Shown here piece by piece: positions 7,954 to 20,299 of a stretch of DNA of 64,000 nucleotides (its first letter is position 1; the number at the start of each line of letters is the position of its first letter). Origin of the DNA: Tagaea sp. (GTDB lineage Bacteria > Pseudomonadota > Alphaproteobacteria > CACIAM-22H2); the NCBI GenBank assembly GCA_965279525.1, contig CBDIIB010000003.1, positions 32,001 through 96,000 on the forward strand, given 5' to 3'. The notes beneath the pieces were generated by a model. The model made no database searches, was not told the DNA's origin, and saw nothing but the letters and a program-made list of their open reading frames with translations. Made by a program: the position numbers and the translations under genes.

Positions 7954-10506
7954 ATGGAGGAAGCGCGCCTGACCGCTGCTGCCGGTGCCGAGCCGGCAGC
8001 CGACAAGCCGCCGCCCTTCGACGAGATGGTCACGGGTGCGGGGCAGATCCGGCCGCACTGGCAGCCGCTGATGGGCGCCCTGCGCACGCTGCCGGCCGGC
8101 GCACTTGCCGAGCGCATGGACCGCGCGCGCCGCCAGTACGACGAGAACGGCGTCACCTACAACGTCTTTGCCGAAACGCGCGGGCCCCAGCGGCCCTGGC
8201 AGTTCGACCTGTTGCCGCTGCCGATCCCGGCCGAGGAGTGGGCGGGGATCGAATCGGCGTTGGTCAAGCGCGCCACGCTGCTCGACAGGATCCTTGCCGA
8301 CATCTACGGCCCGCAGAGCCTGATCCGCGACCGGCTGCTGCCGCCGGCCCTCGTCCACACCAATCCGGCGTTCCTGCGCCCGTGCCACGGCGTGACGCCT
8401 GCCAATGGTGCTCCGTTCCTGCATTTCTATGCCGCCGACATCGCGCGCGGGCTCGACGGGCGCTGGCGCGTGTGCGCCGACCGCGTCAATGCACCGTCGG
8501 GTGCGGGCTATGCGCTCGAGAACCGCAACGTGCTGATGCGCACGCTGCCCGAGCTGTTCCAGGCTTCGACCGTGCGCCGGCTCGGACCGTTCTTCGAACT
8601 CTGGCAGTCGGCACTTGCGCAACTGGCACCCAAGCATCGCGAGAACCCGCGCATCGTGCTGCTGACGCCCGGTCCCTACAGCGAGACCTATTTCGAGCAC
8701 GTGTATCTCGCCCGCCAGCTCGGCCTGACGCTGGCCGAGGGGGCGGACCTCACCGTGCGCGACGCCAAGGTGTTCCTGAAGACGCTCGGCGGTCTCCAGC
8801 AGGTCGACGTGATCCTGCGCCGGCTCGACGCCGACTATTGCGATCCGGTCGAGCTGCGCCCCGAATCCGCGATCGGCGTGGCCGGCCTCGTCGATGCCGT
8901 GCGCGCGGGCAGCGTCACCATCGCCAACGCGCTGGGCGCCGGCGTGGTCGAAACACCGGCGATCCTCCCCTTCCTGCCGGGGCTGGCGCACAAGCTGCTG
9001 GGCGAGGATCTCGGCATGCCGTCGGTCGAGACCTGGTGGCTGGGCCAGCGCGCCGTATTCGACCAGGTCGTCGAGCGCATCGAAGACTACGTCTTCCGCC
9101 CGTGCTTCGCCGGCGACGGGTTCGAGCCGTCGGTCGTGGGCTCCGACGTCGAGCCGGGAAAACGCAAGGCGTTCATCGAGCGCCTGCGCGCCAGTCCGCA
9201 CCGCTACGTGGCACAGGCGCGCATGCACAAATCGGCGATGCCGGTGTGGTCGCCGACCGGATTGATCCCGCGTCCGTTGATGGTGCGCTGCTTCCTGGTG
9301 CGCCACGAAGGCACCTATGTGCCGATGCCCGGCGGCATGACGCGCGTGTCGGCCGACGATACCGGCATCGATATCTCGATGCAGCGCGGCGGGGCGGCCA
9401 AGGACACCTGGGTGATCGAGCGCGAGCTTGCCCCGGTCGTGGTGGGCACGCGTGCCCAGGCGGCGCGCGAGCCGCTGCGCCGCTCGGCGGGCGAGTTGCA
9501 GAGCCGCGTGGCCGACAATCTCTTCTGGCTCGGCCGCTATGCCGAGCGGCTGGACAACGCCGCGCGCCTGATGCGCGCGAGCCTGATGCGCGTTCCTGCC
9601 GGCGGGGCTTCGGCGCGCGAACTGGCCGAGTTCCAGGCGCTCGCGCGCATGTTGGGCGACCGTGGCCTCGTCGAGCGCACGATGGGCGGGCTGCCTGACG
9701 GCCGTTCGATGATGGAAGCGCTCGGCCACGCGTGCGGCTCCGACCAGGGGATCTCGCACCTGTTCCAGGCCATCCAGCGCATCGCGCCAACCGTGCGTGA
9801 CCGGCTTTCGGCCGACATGTGGAATGTCGTCAACGACCTGCTGCGTGACGCGCGCCTGCGCCTCGAAGGCCAGCCGGGCGATGCCGACCGCCTGCTCGAA
9901 GGAATGGACCACACGATCGGCGTGTGCGCCGCCTTCCACGGCATGGCGTCGGAGAACATGACGCGCGGTTCGGGCTGGCGCTTCCTCGATCTGGGCCGGC
10001 GGCTGGAGCGTTCGGCGCACGGCGCTTCGGTCGTGCGCGACGTGTTCGCCGCGTCGGGCCACGGCTCGGAACCCTGGCTGCGCCTGCTGCTCGAGCTTTG
10101 CGACAGCTCGATCACCTACCGCACGCGCTACATGGCGGCCGTCCAGCCCGCACCCGTGCTCGACCTCCTGCTGTGCGACGACACCAATCCGCGCTCGGTC
10201 GCCTTCCAGCTCCGCCTCGTCGCCGACCATCTCGACAATCTCGCCCGGCGCGACGTGCGCCCGCTGTCGCAGCCCGAGCAGAAGATCGCGCGCGCGGCCC
10301 TGACGGCCGTCGAACTTTTCGACGTGGAGCGCGTCGGCTCGACGATCGAGCGCGAATCGATGGCGATGCTCGACGACCTGTTGGGTGGCACGCAAGGCCG
10401 CCTGTCGGATCTTTCCGAGGCGATCACGCGCGCCTATTTCAGCCATGTCGAGACCGTGCAGTCGATCGGCTACGAGATCGCACCCGTTGGCGGGGACGGC
10501 GCATGA
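7954..10506 (+). CDS. Circularly permuted type 2 ATP-grasp protein fused to alpha-E (DUF403) domain
   Basis: APSGAGYALENR, LTPGPYSETYFEH, GGAAKDTWV; alpha-E ER motifs LFWLGRYAER and LGRRLER. Confidence 0.9.
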   Translation: MEEARLTAAAGAEPAADKPPPFDEMVTGAGQIRPHWQPLMGALRTLPAGALAERMDRARRQYDENGVTYNVFAETRGPQRPWQFDLLPLPIPAEEWAGIESALVKRATLLDRILADIYGPQSLIRDRLLPPALVHTNPAFLRPCHGVTPANGAPFLHFYAADIARGLDGRWRVCADRVNAPSGAGYALENRNVLMRTLPELFQASTVRRLGPFFELWQSALAQLAPKHRENPRIVLLTPGPYSETYFEHVYLARQLGLTLAEGADLTVRDAKVFLKTLGGLQQVDVILRRLDADYCDPVELRPESAIGVAGLVDAVRAGSVTIANALGAGVVETPAILPFLPGLAHKLLGEDLGMPSVETWWLGQRAVFDQVVERIEDYVFRPCFAGDGFEPSVVGSDVEPGKRKAFIERLRASPHRYVAQARMHKSAMPVWSPTGLIPRPLMVRCFLVRHEGTYVPMPGGMTRVSADDTGIDISMQRGGAAKDTWVIERELAPVVVGTRAQAAREPLRRSAGELQSRVADNLFWLGRYAERLDNAARLMRASLMRVPAGGASARELAEFQALARMLGDRGLVERTMGGLPDGRSMMEALGHACGSDQGISHLFQAIQRIAPTVRDRLSADMWNVVNDLLRDARLRLEGQPGDADRLLEGMDHTIGVCAAFHGMASENMTRGSGWRFLDLGRRLERSAHGASVVRDVFAASGHGSEPWLRLLLELCDSSITYRTRYMAAVQPAPVLDLLLCDDTNPRSVAFQLRLVADHLDNLARRDVRPLSQPEQKIARAALTAVELFDVERVGSTIERESMAMLDDLLGGTQGRLSDLSEAITRAYFSHVETVQSIGYEIAPVGGDGA

Positions 10507-11405
10507 TCTACGACGTCGTCCACCGCACGACCTATCGCTATGCCGAGCCGGTCGATCTTTCCTACCACGTGATGCGGCTCACGCCGCGCGCCCTGCCGCA
10601 CCAGCGGGTGCTGCGCACCACCGTGATCGCCACGCCCGCCCCCGTGCGCGTGCACGACACGACCGACTATTTCGGCAATCTCGCGACCTATATGTCGCTC
10701 GAGGAGCCGCACGCCGAACTCGTCGTCGACGCGCGCTGTGCCGTCGATGTCAGCTTTCCCGCACCGCCGGATGCGGCCGGCACGCCGGCGTGGGAACTCG
10801 TGCGCGATTCCCTCGACGGCGGCGGCCTGCCGGCGGAGACCATGGCGGTGGAGTTCGTGCGCGAATCCCCGCTCGTCGCGGTCGACGATGCGGTGCGCGA
10901 GTTCGCGGCACCGTCCTTCGCCGCCGGCCGGCCGGTGCTGGCCTGCTTTCTCGATCTCAACCGGCGGATCAAGTCCGAGTTCACGTTCGATGCGCGTGCC
11001 ACCGGTGTGGCGACCGCCGTGCGCGAGGTCATGCAGCTGCGCCGCGGCGTGTGCCAGGATTTCGCGCACGTGATGATCGCCTGCATTCGCGCCATGGGCC
11101 TCGCCGCGCGCTACGTGTCGGGCTACATCCGCACGCATGCGCCGGCCGGCCAGGCGCGCCGCATCGGGGCGGACGCAAGCCATGCCTGGGTCGGCGTCTT
11201 CGTGCCGGGGGCGGGCTGGATCGATCTCGATCCCACCAACGACCTCGTCGTGTCGGACGAGCATGTCGTGCTCGGCTGGGGGCGCGACTATGGCGACGTC
11301 TCGCCCATCCGCGGCGTCATCCTCGGCGGCGGCGTCCACCGGCTTGACGTCGCCGTCGACCTGCGCCCGCTTGACGTCTCATACGCGGCGGAACAGGACG
11401 GATAG
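10503..11405 (+). CDS. Transglutaminase family protein
   Basis: [47 protein letters not shown]; ATGA overlap with the upstream stop. Confidence 0.9.
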   Translation: MIYDVVHRTTYRYAEPVDLSYHVMRLTPRALPHQRVLRTTVIATPAPVRVHDTTDYFGNLATYMSLEEPHAELVVDARCAVDVSFPAPPDAAGTPAWELVRDSLDGGGLPAETMAVEFVRESPLVAVDDAVREFAAPSFAAGRPVLACFLDLNRRIKSEFTFDARATGVATAVREVMQLRRGVCQDFAHVMIACIRAMGLAARYVSGYIRTHAPAGQARRIGADASHAWVGVFVPGAGWIDLDPTNDLVVSDEHVVLGWGRDYGDVSPIRGVILGGGVHRLDVAVDLRPLDVSYAAEQDG

Positions 11406-11978
11406 GTTGTTGGCCGGCATGGCGACGACCGCCGGCCGTGCGAAACCTGCCGCCGCTTCGCTCACCTCGCCAAGGTCGCGTATCCCCCACGCCGGATCGC
11501 GCGCACGCAGGCTTTCGTCGAACGCCGCGTTCGACGGGGCCGTGTGCGCGCTGTCGCGCTTGAACGGCCCGTAGAGATAGAGAAGCCCGCCCGGTGCGAG
11601 CAGGCGCGCCGCCCCGCGCAGCAGCCCGAGGCACGCGGCCCAAGGGGCGATGTGGATCATGTTGATGCACACGACCGCATCGGCCGTGGCGAGCGGCCAG
11701 ATCTCGGCGGTCGCATCGAGGTCGATCGGCGGCAGCAGGTTGGGCGTTCCCTCTGCCGCGATCCACGCGGCGATCGACGCGCGGTTGGCGGGATCGGGGT
11801 CGCTCGGCTGCCAGACCAGTGACGGGAAGGCGGCGGCGAACGCGACCGCATGCTCGCCCGAGCCCGACGCGATCTCCAGTGCGGTTCCGCTCGCCGGAAG
11901 ATGTTCGCGCAGGACGGCAAGGATCGGTTCGCGGTTGCGCGCGGCGGCAGGGGCGAAACGCCTTGCGTCCGCCGTCAT
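11379..11978 (-). CDS. DUF938 family SAM-dependent methyltransferase
   Basis: [43 protein letters not shown]. Confidence 0.88.
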   Translation of the reverse strand: MTADARRFAPAAARNREPILAVLREHLPASGTALEIASGSGEHAVAFAAAFPSLVWQPSDPDPANRASIAAWIAAEGTPNLLPPIDLDATAEIWPLATADAVVCINMIHIAPWAACLGLLRGAARLLAPGGLLYLYGPFKRDSAHTAPSNAAFDESLRARDPAWGIRDLGEVSEAAAGFARPAVVAMPANNLSVLFRRV

Positions 11979-13348
11979 GCCATCAGCTTTCGCGCCGTCT
12001 TCGCGAAATCGACCGCGGCCTGCTCCTGGTGGCGGTGATGGCCTTCGCGTACGACCCATTCGCCGCCGATCACGACATCGCGCACCGGATTGGCGTTGCC
12101 GCAGAACAGCCACGCGTCGACCAGCGTGTCGAGTGCGCGGCCGACGAGTGCGGGGTGTTCTTCGTCAAGCACGACGAAGTCGGCGCGATGGCCGGGGGCC
12201 AATGCACCGGTCTTGCGCCCGGCCGCCTGCGCGCCACCGGCAAGCGCGCGTTCGAACAGGAACGCGCCGGTCGACCCGCCCTCGCGCAACTGGGTCACGT
12301 TGCGGCTCTGGTGGAAAAGCCGCTGGCCGTATTCGAGCCAGCGCAGCTCCTCGACCGGGCTTGTCGACACGTTCGAATCCGTGCCCACGCCGAAGATGCC
12401 GCCGGCCTTGAGGAAGGCGCCGAGCGGGAACAGCCCGTCGCCGAGATTGGCTTCCGTCGCCGGGCAGATGCCGACGACCGCACCGCTGCGGGCCATCGCG
12501 TCGATCTCGGCCGGCGTGACATGCGTGGCGTGGACCAGGCACCAGCGCTTGTCGACGCTTGCATTGGCCAGCAGCCATTCGACCGGCGTGGTGCCCGACC
12601 AGGCGCGGCAGTCGGCCACTTCCTTGGGCTGCTCGGCGATGTGGATATGGATGGGGGCGTCGGCATCCAGTCGGTCCAGCATGGCAAGTGCAGCCTTCAG
12701 GGCAGGTGGTGTCACCGCGCGCAGCGAGTGCGGGGCGATGCCCACGCGCACCTGCGGGTCGCCGCGATGCCGGCGGGCAAGCCGCTCGACGAGATCGCCA
12801 TAGGCGTCGTCGTCGAGCACGAAACGCTTCTGCCCCTCGTTGGGGGCCATCCCGCCGAAGCCGCTTGCCTGGTAGAGCACGGGCAACAGCGTGAGGCCGA
12901 TGCCGGACGCGGCCGACGCGGCGACGATCCGGTCGGCAAGCTCGGTCGGCACGTCGTAGCGCTGGCCGTCGGGATCGTTGTGCACGTAGTGGAACTCGCA
13001 CACGCTCGTGAAGCCGTGGCGGACAAGCTCGACATAGAGCTGGGTTGCCACCGCCTCGACGTCGCGGGGCGACAGGCGGCCGATGAAGCGGTACATGATG
13101 TCGCGCCAGGCCCAGAAATTGTCGCTCTGCGGGCCCGCCCGCTCGCCGAGGCCCGCCATCGCGCGCTGGAAGGCGTGGCTGTGCAGGTCGGCAAGGCCGG
13201 GCAGCACGGGGCCGGGCAGCCGGGCAGCACCGTCGGCGTTCTTTCCGGCGGCGACCGAAACGAGATAGCCGCGCGCATCGACTTCGAAGCGGACATCGCG
13301 TGCCCAGCCGGTCGGCAGCAGGGCATGGGGGGCGAAAAAACTCGGCAT
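11975..13348 (-). CDS. hutF: Formimidoylglutamate deiminase
   Basis: [53 protein letters not shown]. Confidence 0.92.
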   Translation of the reverse strand: MPSFFAPHALLPTGWARDVRFEVDARGYLVSVAAGKNADGAARLPGPVLPGLADLHSHAFQRAMAGLGERAGPQSDNFWAWRDIMYRFIGRLSPRDVEAVATQLYVELVRHGFTSVCEFHYVHNDPDGQRYDVPTELADRIVAASAASGIGLTLLPVLYQASGFGGMAPNEGQKRFVLDDDAYGDLVERLARRHRGDPQVRVGIAPHSLRAVTPPALKAALAMLDRLDADAPIHIHIAEQPKEVADCRAWSGTTPVEWLLANASVDKRWCLVHATHVTPAEIDAMARSGAVVGICPATEANLGDGLFPLGAFLKAGGIFGVGTDSNVSTSPVEELRWLEYGQRLFHQSRNVTQLREGGSTGAFLFERALAGGAQAAGRKTGALAPGHRADFVVLDEEHPALVGRALDTLVDAWLFCGNANPVRDVVIGGEWVVREGHHRHQEQAAVDFAKTARKLMA

Positions 13349-13411
13349 GGGGCTGGCGTCCTCGGATGAAGCGCCTATTCTTGAAGCCTGCGCTGCCGGA
13401 AAGGAAGTCCC

Positions 13412-14215
13412 TTGAAACCGATCTTCGAACTTGTGCCCGGCACGACCCCGCTGCTGATCAGCGTGCCGCACGCCGGCACGTATCTGCCCGACGCGATCGC
13501 GGCCCGCCTGACACCCGAAGCGCTCGCCATGCCCGACACCGACTGGCATGTCGAGAAGCTTTACGGTTTCACGGCCGAGCTCGGGGCCGGCCTGATCGTC
13601 GCCACGCATTCGCGCTACGCGGTCGATCTCAACCGCGATCCTTCCGGCACGCCGCTCTATCCGGGGCGCGACAACACCGAGCTCGTCCCCCTGGGCACGT
13701 TCGCGAATCAGCCGGTCTACCGGACCGGCCAGGCGCCCGACAAGGCGGAGGAGGCCGAGCGCGTCGCGCGCTACTGGCGGCCCTACCACGAAGCGCTTGC
13801 CGGCGAGCTCGATGCGATCGTCGCGCGCCACGGTATTGCCGTGCTGTGGGACGGCCATTCGATTCCGGCCGAAGTGCCGCGCCTGTTCGAAGGGCGGCTC
13901 CCCGATCTTAATCTGGGTTCGGCCGCGGGCACGTCCGCCGATCCCGATCTTGCCGATTGCGCGCGCGCCGCACTCGACGGGCCGGGCATGAGCCTTGTCG
14001 TCGACGGCCGCTTCAAGGGCGGCTACATCACGCGGCTCTATGGCAAGCCGGCTGCGAAGATGCACGCTCTCCAGCTCGAGAAGGCGATGGCCTCGTACAT
14101 GGACGAGGCACCACCCTACCGGTGGGACGCCGCGCGTGCCGCACCGATGGTGGCGCGCCTGCGCCGCACGATGGGGGCGGTGACCGCATGGGCGGCGGCG
14201 CGCGCGCGGACCTGA
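13412..14215 (+). CDS. hutG: N-formylglutamate deformylase/amidohydrolase
   Basis: ISVPHAG, DTDWHV, SRYAVDLNR, YWRPYH, DGHSI, GRFKGGYITR. Confidence 0.9.
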   Translation: MKPIFELVPGTTPLLISVPHAGTYLPDAIAARLTPEALAMPDTDWHVEKLYGFTAELGAGLIVATHSRYAVDLNRDPSGTPLYPGRDNTELVPLGTFANQPVYRTGQAPDKAEEAERVARYWRPYHEALAGELDAIVARHGIAVLWDGHSIPAEVPRLFEGRLPDLNLGSAAGTSADPDLADCARAALDGPGMSLVVDGRFKGGYITRLYGKPAAKMHALQLEKAMASYMDEAPPYRWDAARAAPMVARLRRTMGAVTAWAAARART

Positions 14216-14219
14216 CCTA

Positions 14220-16646
<2,427 letters not shown>

Positions 16647-16658
16647 ACCCTCCGGGGT

Positions 16659-17168
16659 TCAGTACCTGACGAGGCTCTCGAACGGCACGGGCAGGCGCTT
16701 GCGGCCTTCGAGGAACTCGAGCTCGATGATGCACGCAGCACCGCGCACGTCGGCCCCGGTCTTCTGCAGCAGCGAGATGGCCGCATTCAGCGTTCCGCCG
16801 GTGGCCAGCACGTCGTCGAGCACGACGACGCGCGTGCCGGGCTTCACGGCTTCGTCCTGGATCTCGATCGTGTCCTCGCCATACTCGAGCGCGTATGTAT
16901 GCGGGATCGTCTTGCCGGGCAGCTTGCCGCGCTTGCGCACCATCATGAATCCGCAACCCATGTGGAGTGCGAGCGGTGCCGTGACGAGAAATCCGCGGCT
17001 CTCGATTCCGGCCAGCAGGGCCGGTTTATGGGGCGCGACAAGTGCCGCGAGCCGTTCGATCGCCGCCCGCCAGGCGCCGGCGTCGGCCAGCAGCGGCGAG
17101 ATGTCGCGGAACAGGATTCCGGGCTTCGGGAAATCGGCGACATCCCGGATGTATTTCTTCAGATCCAT
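16659..17168 (-). CDS. apt: Adenine phosphoribosyltransferase
   Basis: [38 protein letters not shown]. Confidence 0.95.
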   Translation of the reverse strand: MDLKKYIRDVADFPKPGILFRDISPLLADAGAWRAAIERLAALVAPHKPALLAGIESRGFLVTAPLALHMGCGFMMVRKRGKLPGKTIPHTYALEYGEDTIEIQDEAVKPGTRVVVLDDVLATGGTLNAAISLLQKTGADVRGAACIIELEFLEGRKRLPVPFESLVRY

Positions 17169-17207
17169 GCGGCTTCCTCGATCGGGCGGGGTCTTTTTGT
17201 TTAGGCG

Positions 17208-18317
17208 TCAGGCCGGTCCCCGTCCACTCGAATTTCGTGCCGAGCCCGGTCGGTCGATCGCCACCGCCTTGACGATCGCGTGCACCGGAACGCCGACGGC
17301 AAGGTCGAGCTCGGCGACCGCCGCGCGCGTCAGCCGGGCCCGCAGCCGGACGCTGCCGACGGCGATGGCGATCTCGGCATAGGCGCCCGGTTCCGGTTCG
17401 AGCGCCACGATATGCCCGGACAGGATATTGCGCGCCGATATCCCTTCGGGCCGCCGTGTGGCGACGATGACGTCGCGGGCGCGGATATGGACGCGGATGG
17501 CCGTACCCGGCGGCGCATCGACGCGCGGGACGGTCAGCGTGCCGCCGTCGAAACCGAGCCGGCTGAGCGAGAAAGCCGCATCGTGCGCCACGACCCGCGT
17601 GTCGAGGGCGGCCCCCGCCTCGAAGCGCCCGGCGAGCGGATTGAGATCGATGCGCGCCGTGATCTCGCCGACCGGCCCGCACGCGGCGATGCGCCCGGCA
17701 TCGACGAGCGCAAGCGTGTCGGCGAGCCGGACGACCTCGTCGAGCGCATGGCTGACATAGACGATCGGGATGTCGAGTTCGCGGCGCAACCGGTCGAGAT
17801 AGGGCAGCACTTCGGACTTGCGCGCGGCATCGAGCGAGGCGAGCGGCTCGTCCATCAGCAGCAGGCGCGGCTGGGCGAGCAGGGCGCGCCCGATCGCCAC
17901 GCGCTGGCGCTCGCCGCCCGAGAGCGTGGCGGGGCGCCGGGCGAGAAGGGGGGCGATATCGAGCAGGTCGACGACGGCGGCGAATCCGATCGGCGCGCTT
18001 CCGGCCTGCGCGCGCCGCAGGCCGTAGCGCAGGTTGCCGTCGACGGACAGATGCGGGAACAGGCGCGCGTCCTGGAACACGTAGCCCACGCGCCGGCGTT
18101 CGGCCGGTACGTCGATGCGCGCAGTCGTGTCGAACAGCACGTTCCCGCCGACCGCGATGCGCCCTTCGGCTGGCCGGGCAAGGCCGGCGATGGCGCGCAC
18201 GATGGATGTCTTGCCCGCACCGGACCGCCCGAATAGCGCCAGGGCCCCTGCGGGTGCGGCTAGCTTCACGTCGAGTGGAAACGTGCCGACCCGCATGCGG
18301 AAATCGAGTTCGAGCAT
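17208..18317 (-). CDS. modC: Molybdate ABC transporter ATP-binding protein
   Basis: GRSGAGKT, LSGGERQR, MDEPLASLD, C-terminal ISARN/TOBE domain. Confidence 0.93.
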   Translation of the reverse strand: MLELDFRMRVGTFPLDVKLAAPAGALALFGRSGAGKTSIVRAIAGLARPAEGRIAVGGNVLFDTTARIDVPAERRRVGYVFQDARLFPHLSVDGNLRYGLRRAQAGSAPIGFAAVVDLLDIAPLLARRPATLSGGERQRVAIGRALLAQPRLLLMDEPLASLDAARKSEVLPYLDRLRRELDIPIVYVSHALDEVVRLADTLALVDAGRIAACGPVGEITARIDLNPLAGRFEAGAALDTRVVAHDAAFSLSRLGFDGGTLTVPRVDAPPGTAIRVHIRARDVIVATRRPEGISARNILSGHIVALEPEPGAYAEIAIAVGSVRLRARLTRAAVAELDLAVGVPVHAIVKAVAIDRPGSARNSSGRGPA

Positions 18318-19010
18318 CTAGCGGCCCAGCATCCGGCGCACGCGGCGCGCGAGGAACTCCGACAGCAGCAGGCCGGCCAGTGCCAGCGTCAGAGATACTG
18401 CCGCGAGGCGGGTGGCTGTATCCTCGCCGCCCGGGGCTTGCGTGGCGGCATAGATCGCCAGCGGCAGGGTCTGCGTCTCGCCCGGCACGTTGGAGGCGAA
18501 CGTCACGACTGCGCCGAACTCGCCCAGACTGGCGGCAAACGCGACAATCGCGCCGGACAGCACGCCGGGCAGCATCAGCGGCAGCGAGATCGTGACGAAA
18601 CGGTCCAGCGCGCCGGCACCCAGCGTGCGCGCGGCTTCGTCGAGGCCGGGGTCGAGCGCTTCGACCGACAGGCGTACCGCGCGCACCATCAGCGGAAAGA
18701 CCATCACGGCCGTCGCGAGGGCCGCCCCTTGTGCCGTGAACACCAGCCGGATGCCGAACGCCGCATCGAGCCAGGCGCCCAGCGGGCCGCGCACGCCGAA
18801 CAGCAGCAGCAGCAGATAGCCGACGACGACCGGCGGCAGCACGAGCGGCAGGTGGACAAGGCTGTCGACGAGCGCCTTGCCCGGGAACCGGCAGCGCGCG
18901 AGCAGCCACGCGACCAGTATCGCCGGCGGCAGCACGAACCCGACGGCGACAAGCGCTATGCGCAGGCTGAGGCCGATGGCGGCAAGCTCGGTATCGCTGA
19001 ACGGCGCCAT
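18318..19010 (-). CDS. modB: Molybdate ABC transporter permease
   Basis: HLPLVLPPVVVGY, EAARTLGA, SLGEFGA, ETQTLPLAIY. Confidence 0.93.
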   Translation of the reverse strand: MAPFSDTELAAIGLSLRIALVAVGFVLPPAILVAWLLARCRFPGKALVDSLVHLPLVLPPVVVGYLLLLLFGVRGPLGAWLDAAFGIRLVFTAQGAALATAVMVFPLMVRAVRLSVEALDPGLDEAARTLGAGALDRFVTISLPLMLPGVLSGAIVAFAASLGEFGAVVTFASNVPGETQTLPLAIYAATQAPGGEDTATRLAAVSLTLALAGLLLSEFLARRVRRMLGR

Positions 19011-19012
19011 GC

Positions 19013-19759
19013 CTACTCGACCGCGAAGCCGTAGCGACGGAAGATCACCAAAGCCGCCGGGGACTGCAGCTCGGCGAGAAAGGCGCGCGCGGCCGGTCCG
19101 TCGCGGCCGGCCACGATCGCGAAGGGATAGGCGATCGCGGCGTGGCTTTCGGCCGGAAACATCGCCGCGACCGCCACGCGCGGGCTGGCGGCGACGTCCG
19201 TCGCATAGACGACTCCGAAGGGCGCTTCCCCCCGCTCGACGAGTGCCAGTGCGGCCCGCACGGAAGCCGCCCGCGCGAGCCGCGGCTCGACTGCCGGCCA
19301 CACGCCAAGCCACTCGAAAGCCGTGCGCGCGTAGCGTCCGACCGGGACATGCGCGGGGTCGCCGGTCGCAAGGCGCTCGCGGCCGAGAAGCGCGCCGAAA
19401 TCCATGCCGCGCACGAGCACGACGTCGCGGGCCCGATCGGCGGGCACGATCAGGACGAGGCGGTTCGACAGGATCGAGACGCGGCTGTCGGCGACAAGGC
19501 GCCCGCGGGTGGCGAGATAATCGGCCCAATCTTCGTCGGCCGAGGCGAAGATGTCCGCCGGGGCGCCGTTCTCGATCTGGCGGGCGAGAATCGACGACGC
19601 GGCGAAGGAATAGCGCGCCGGCAGCGGCAGTTCGCGCGTGATCGCCTCGAGTGCGTCCGTCAGCGAAGCCGCGGCATAGACCAGCGGGCCCTGCGCGTTT
19701 GCCGCCGACGCGAGGCAGGCGGCAAAGGCGGTGAACAGCGTACAGGCAAGGCGGCGCAT
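19013..19759 (-). CDS. modA: Molybdate ABC transporter substrate-binding protein
   Basis: YAAASL, FAASSILARQIENGAPAD, HVPVGRYA, VYATD. Confidence 0.93.
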   Translation of the reverse strand: MRRLACTLFTAFAACLASAANAQGPLVYAAASLTDALEAITRELPLPARYSFAASSILARQIENGAPADIFASADEDWADYLATRGRLVADSRVSILSNRLVLIVPADRARDVVLVRGMDFGALLGRERLATGDPAHVPVGRYARTAFEWLGVWPAVEPRLARAASVRAALALVERGEAPFGVVYATDVAASPRVAVAAMFPAESHAAIAYPFAIVAGRDGPAARAFLAELQSPAALVIFRRYGFAVE

Positions 19760-19769
19760 GGACTTTCCT

Positions 19770-19793
19770 CGTTATATCCGTCCGGATATAACG
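19770..19793. promoter_or_regulatory. ModE box
   Basis: CGTTATATCCG-TC-CGGATATAACG, perfect 11-bp inverted repeat just upstream of modA; matches the CGTTATAT...ATATAACG consensus. Confidence 0.85.
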
Positions 19794-19826
19794 CCATGCG
19801 CGCGCCTCGCCTGTCAATCGTGCCGG

Positions 19827-20213
19827 TCACCCGGGGGCGTACTGGGCAATCCCGTTGCCGAAGGACCAGTCGACCGGATCGTTCTCGGTCAGCACGACCA
19901 ACACGTCTTCGGCGCGCACGCCGGCATCGCGCACGAGGTTACGCACGATGGCCGCGTAAAGCGCGCGCTTCAGGTCTTGCGAGCGGCCGCGCCTGAAATA
20001 GACCTGCACCGAAAGGAACCCGCCGCTGCGCGCGATGCCCATGTAGCCGGGATCGGCGATCAGGCCGTCGGCCTTGTGCGCCGCGACGATCTGGAAGCGG
20101 TCGTCTGCCGGGATCTTGATGGCTTCCACGAGGGCGGCATGCACGCCGTCGGCGACCGCGCGGCGCGTGGCCTGCGGCATGATTTCGGGAACGTCGATGC
20201 GCACGAGCGGCAT
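19827..20213 (-). CDS. Tautomerase superfamily protein (MSAD/Tautomerase_2-like)
   Basis: Starts M-P (catalytic Pro1) LVRIDV; DRFQIV, GRSQDLKRALY, DWSFGNG. Confidence 0.85.
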   Translation of the reverse strand: MPLVRIDVPEIMPQATRRAVADGVHAALVEAIKIPADDRFQIVAAHKADGLIADPGYMGIARSGGFLSVQVYFRRGRSQDLKRALYAAIVRNLVRDAGVRAEDVLVVLTENDPVDWSFGNGIAQYAPG

Positions 20214-20299
20214 TTGTCTTCTCCTTGTTGCGAAGGAGAAGATGGCGGGCGCTGCCGCCGCTGCCAAACGAGATTAGCTATCGACCGGTTGAGCGAAAC

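Noticed and set aside
5051-10446. Long antisense ORFs (927 aa, 845 aa) and similar ones elsewhere (24471-27278, 35698-38436, 50288-52747)
   Set aside because: Shadow ORFs opposite well-supported genes, expected from high GC3 bias; no protein motifs.
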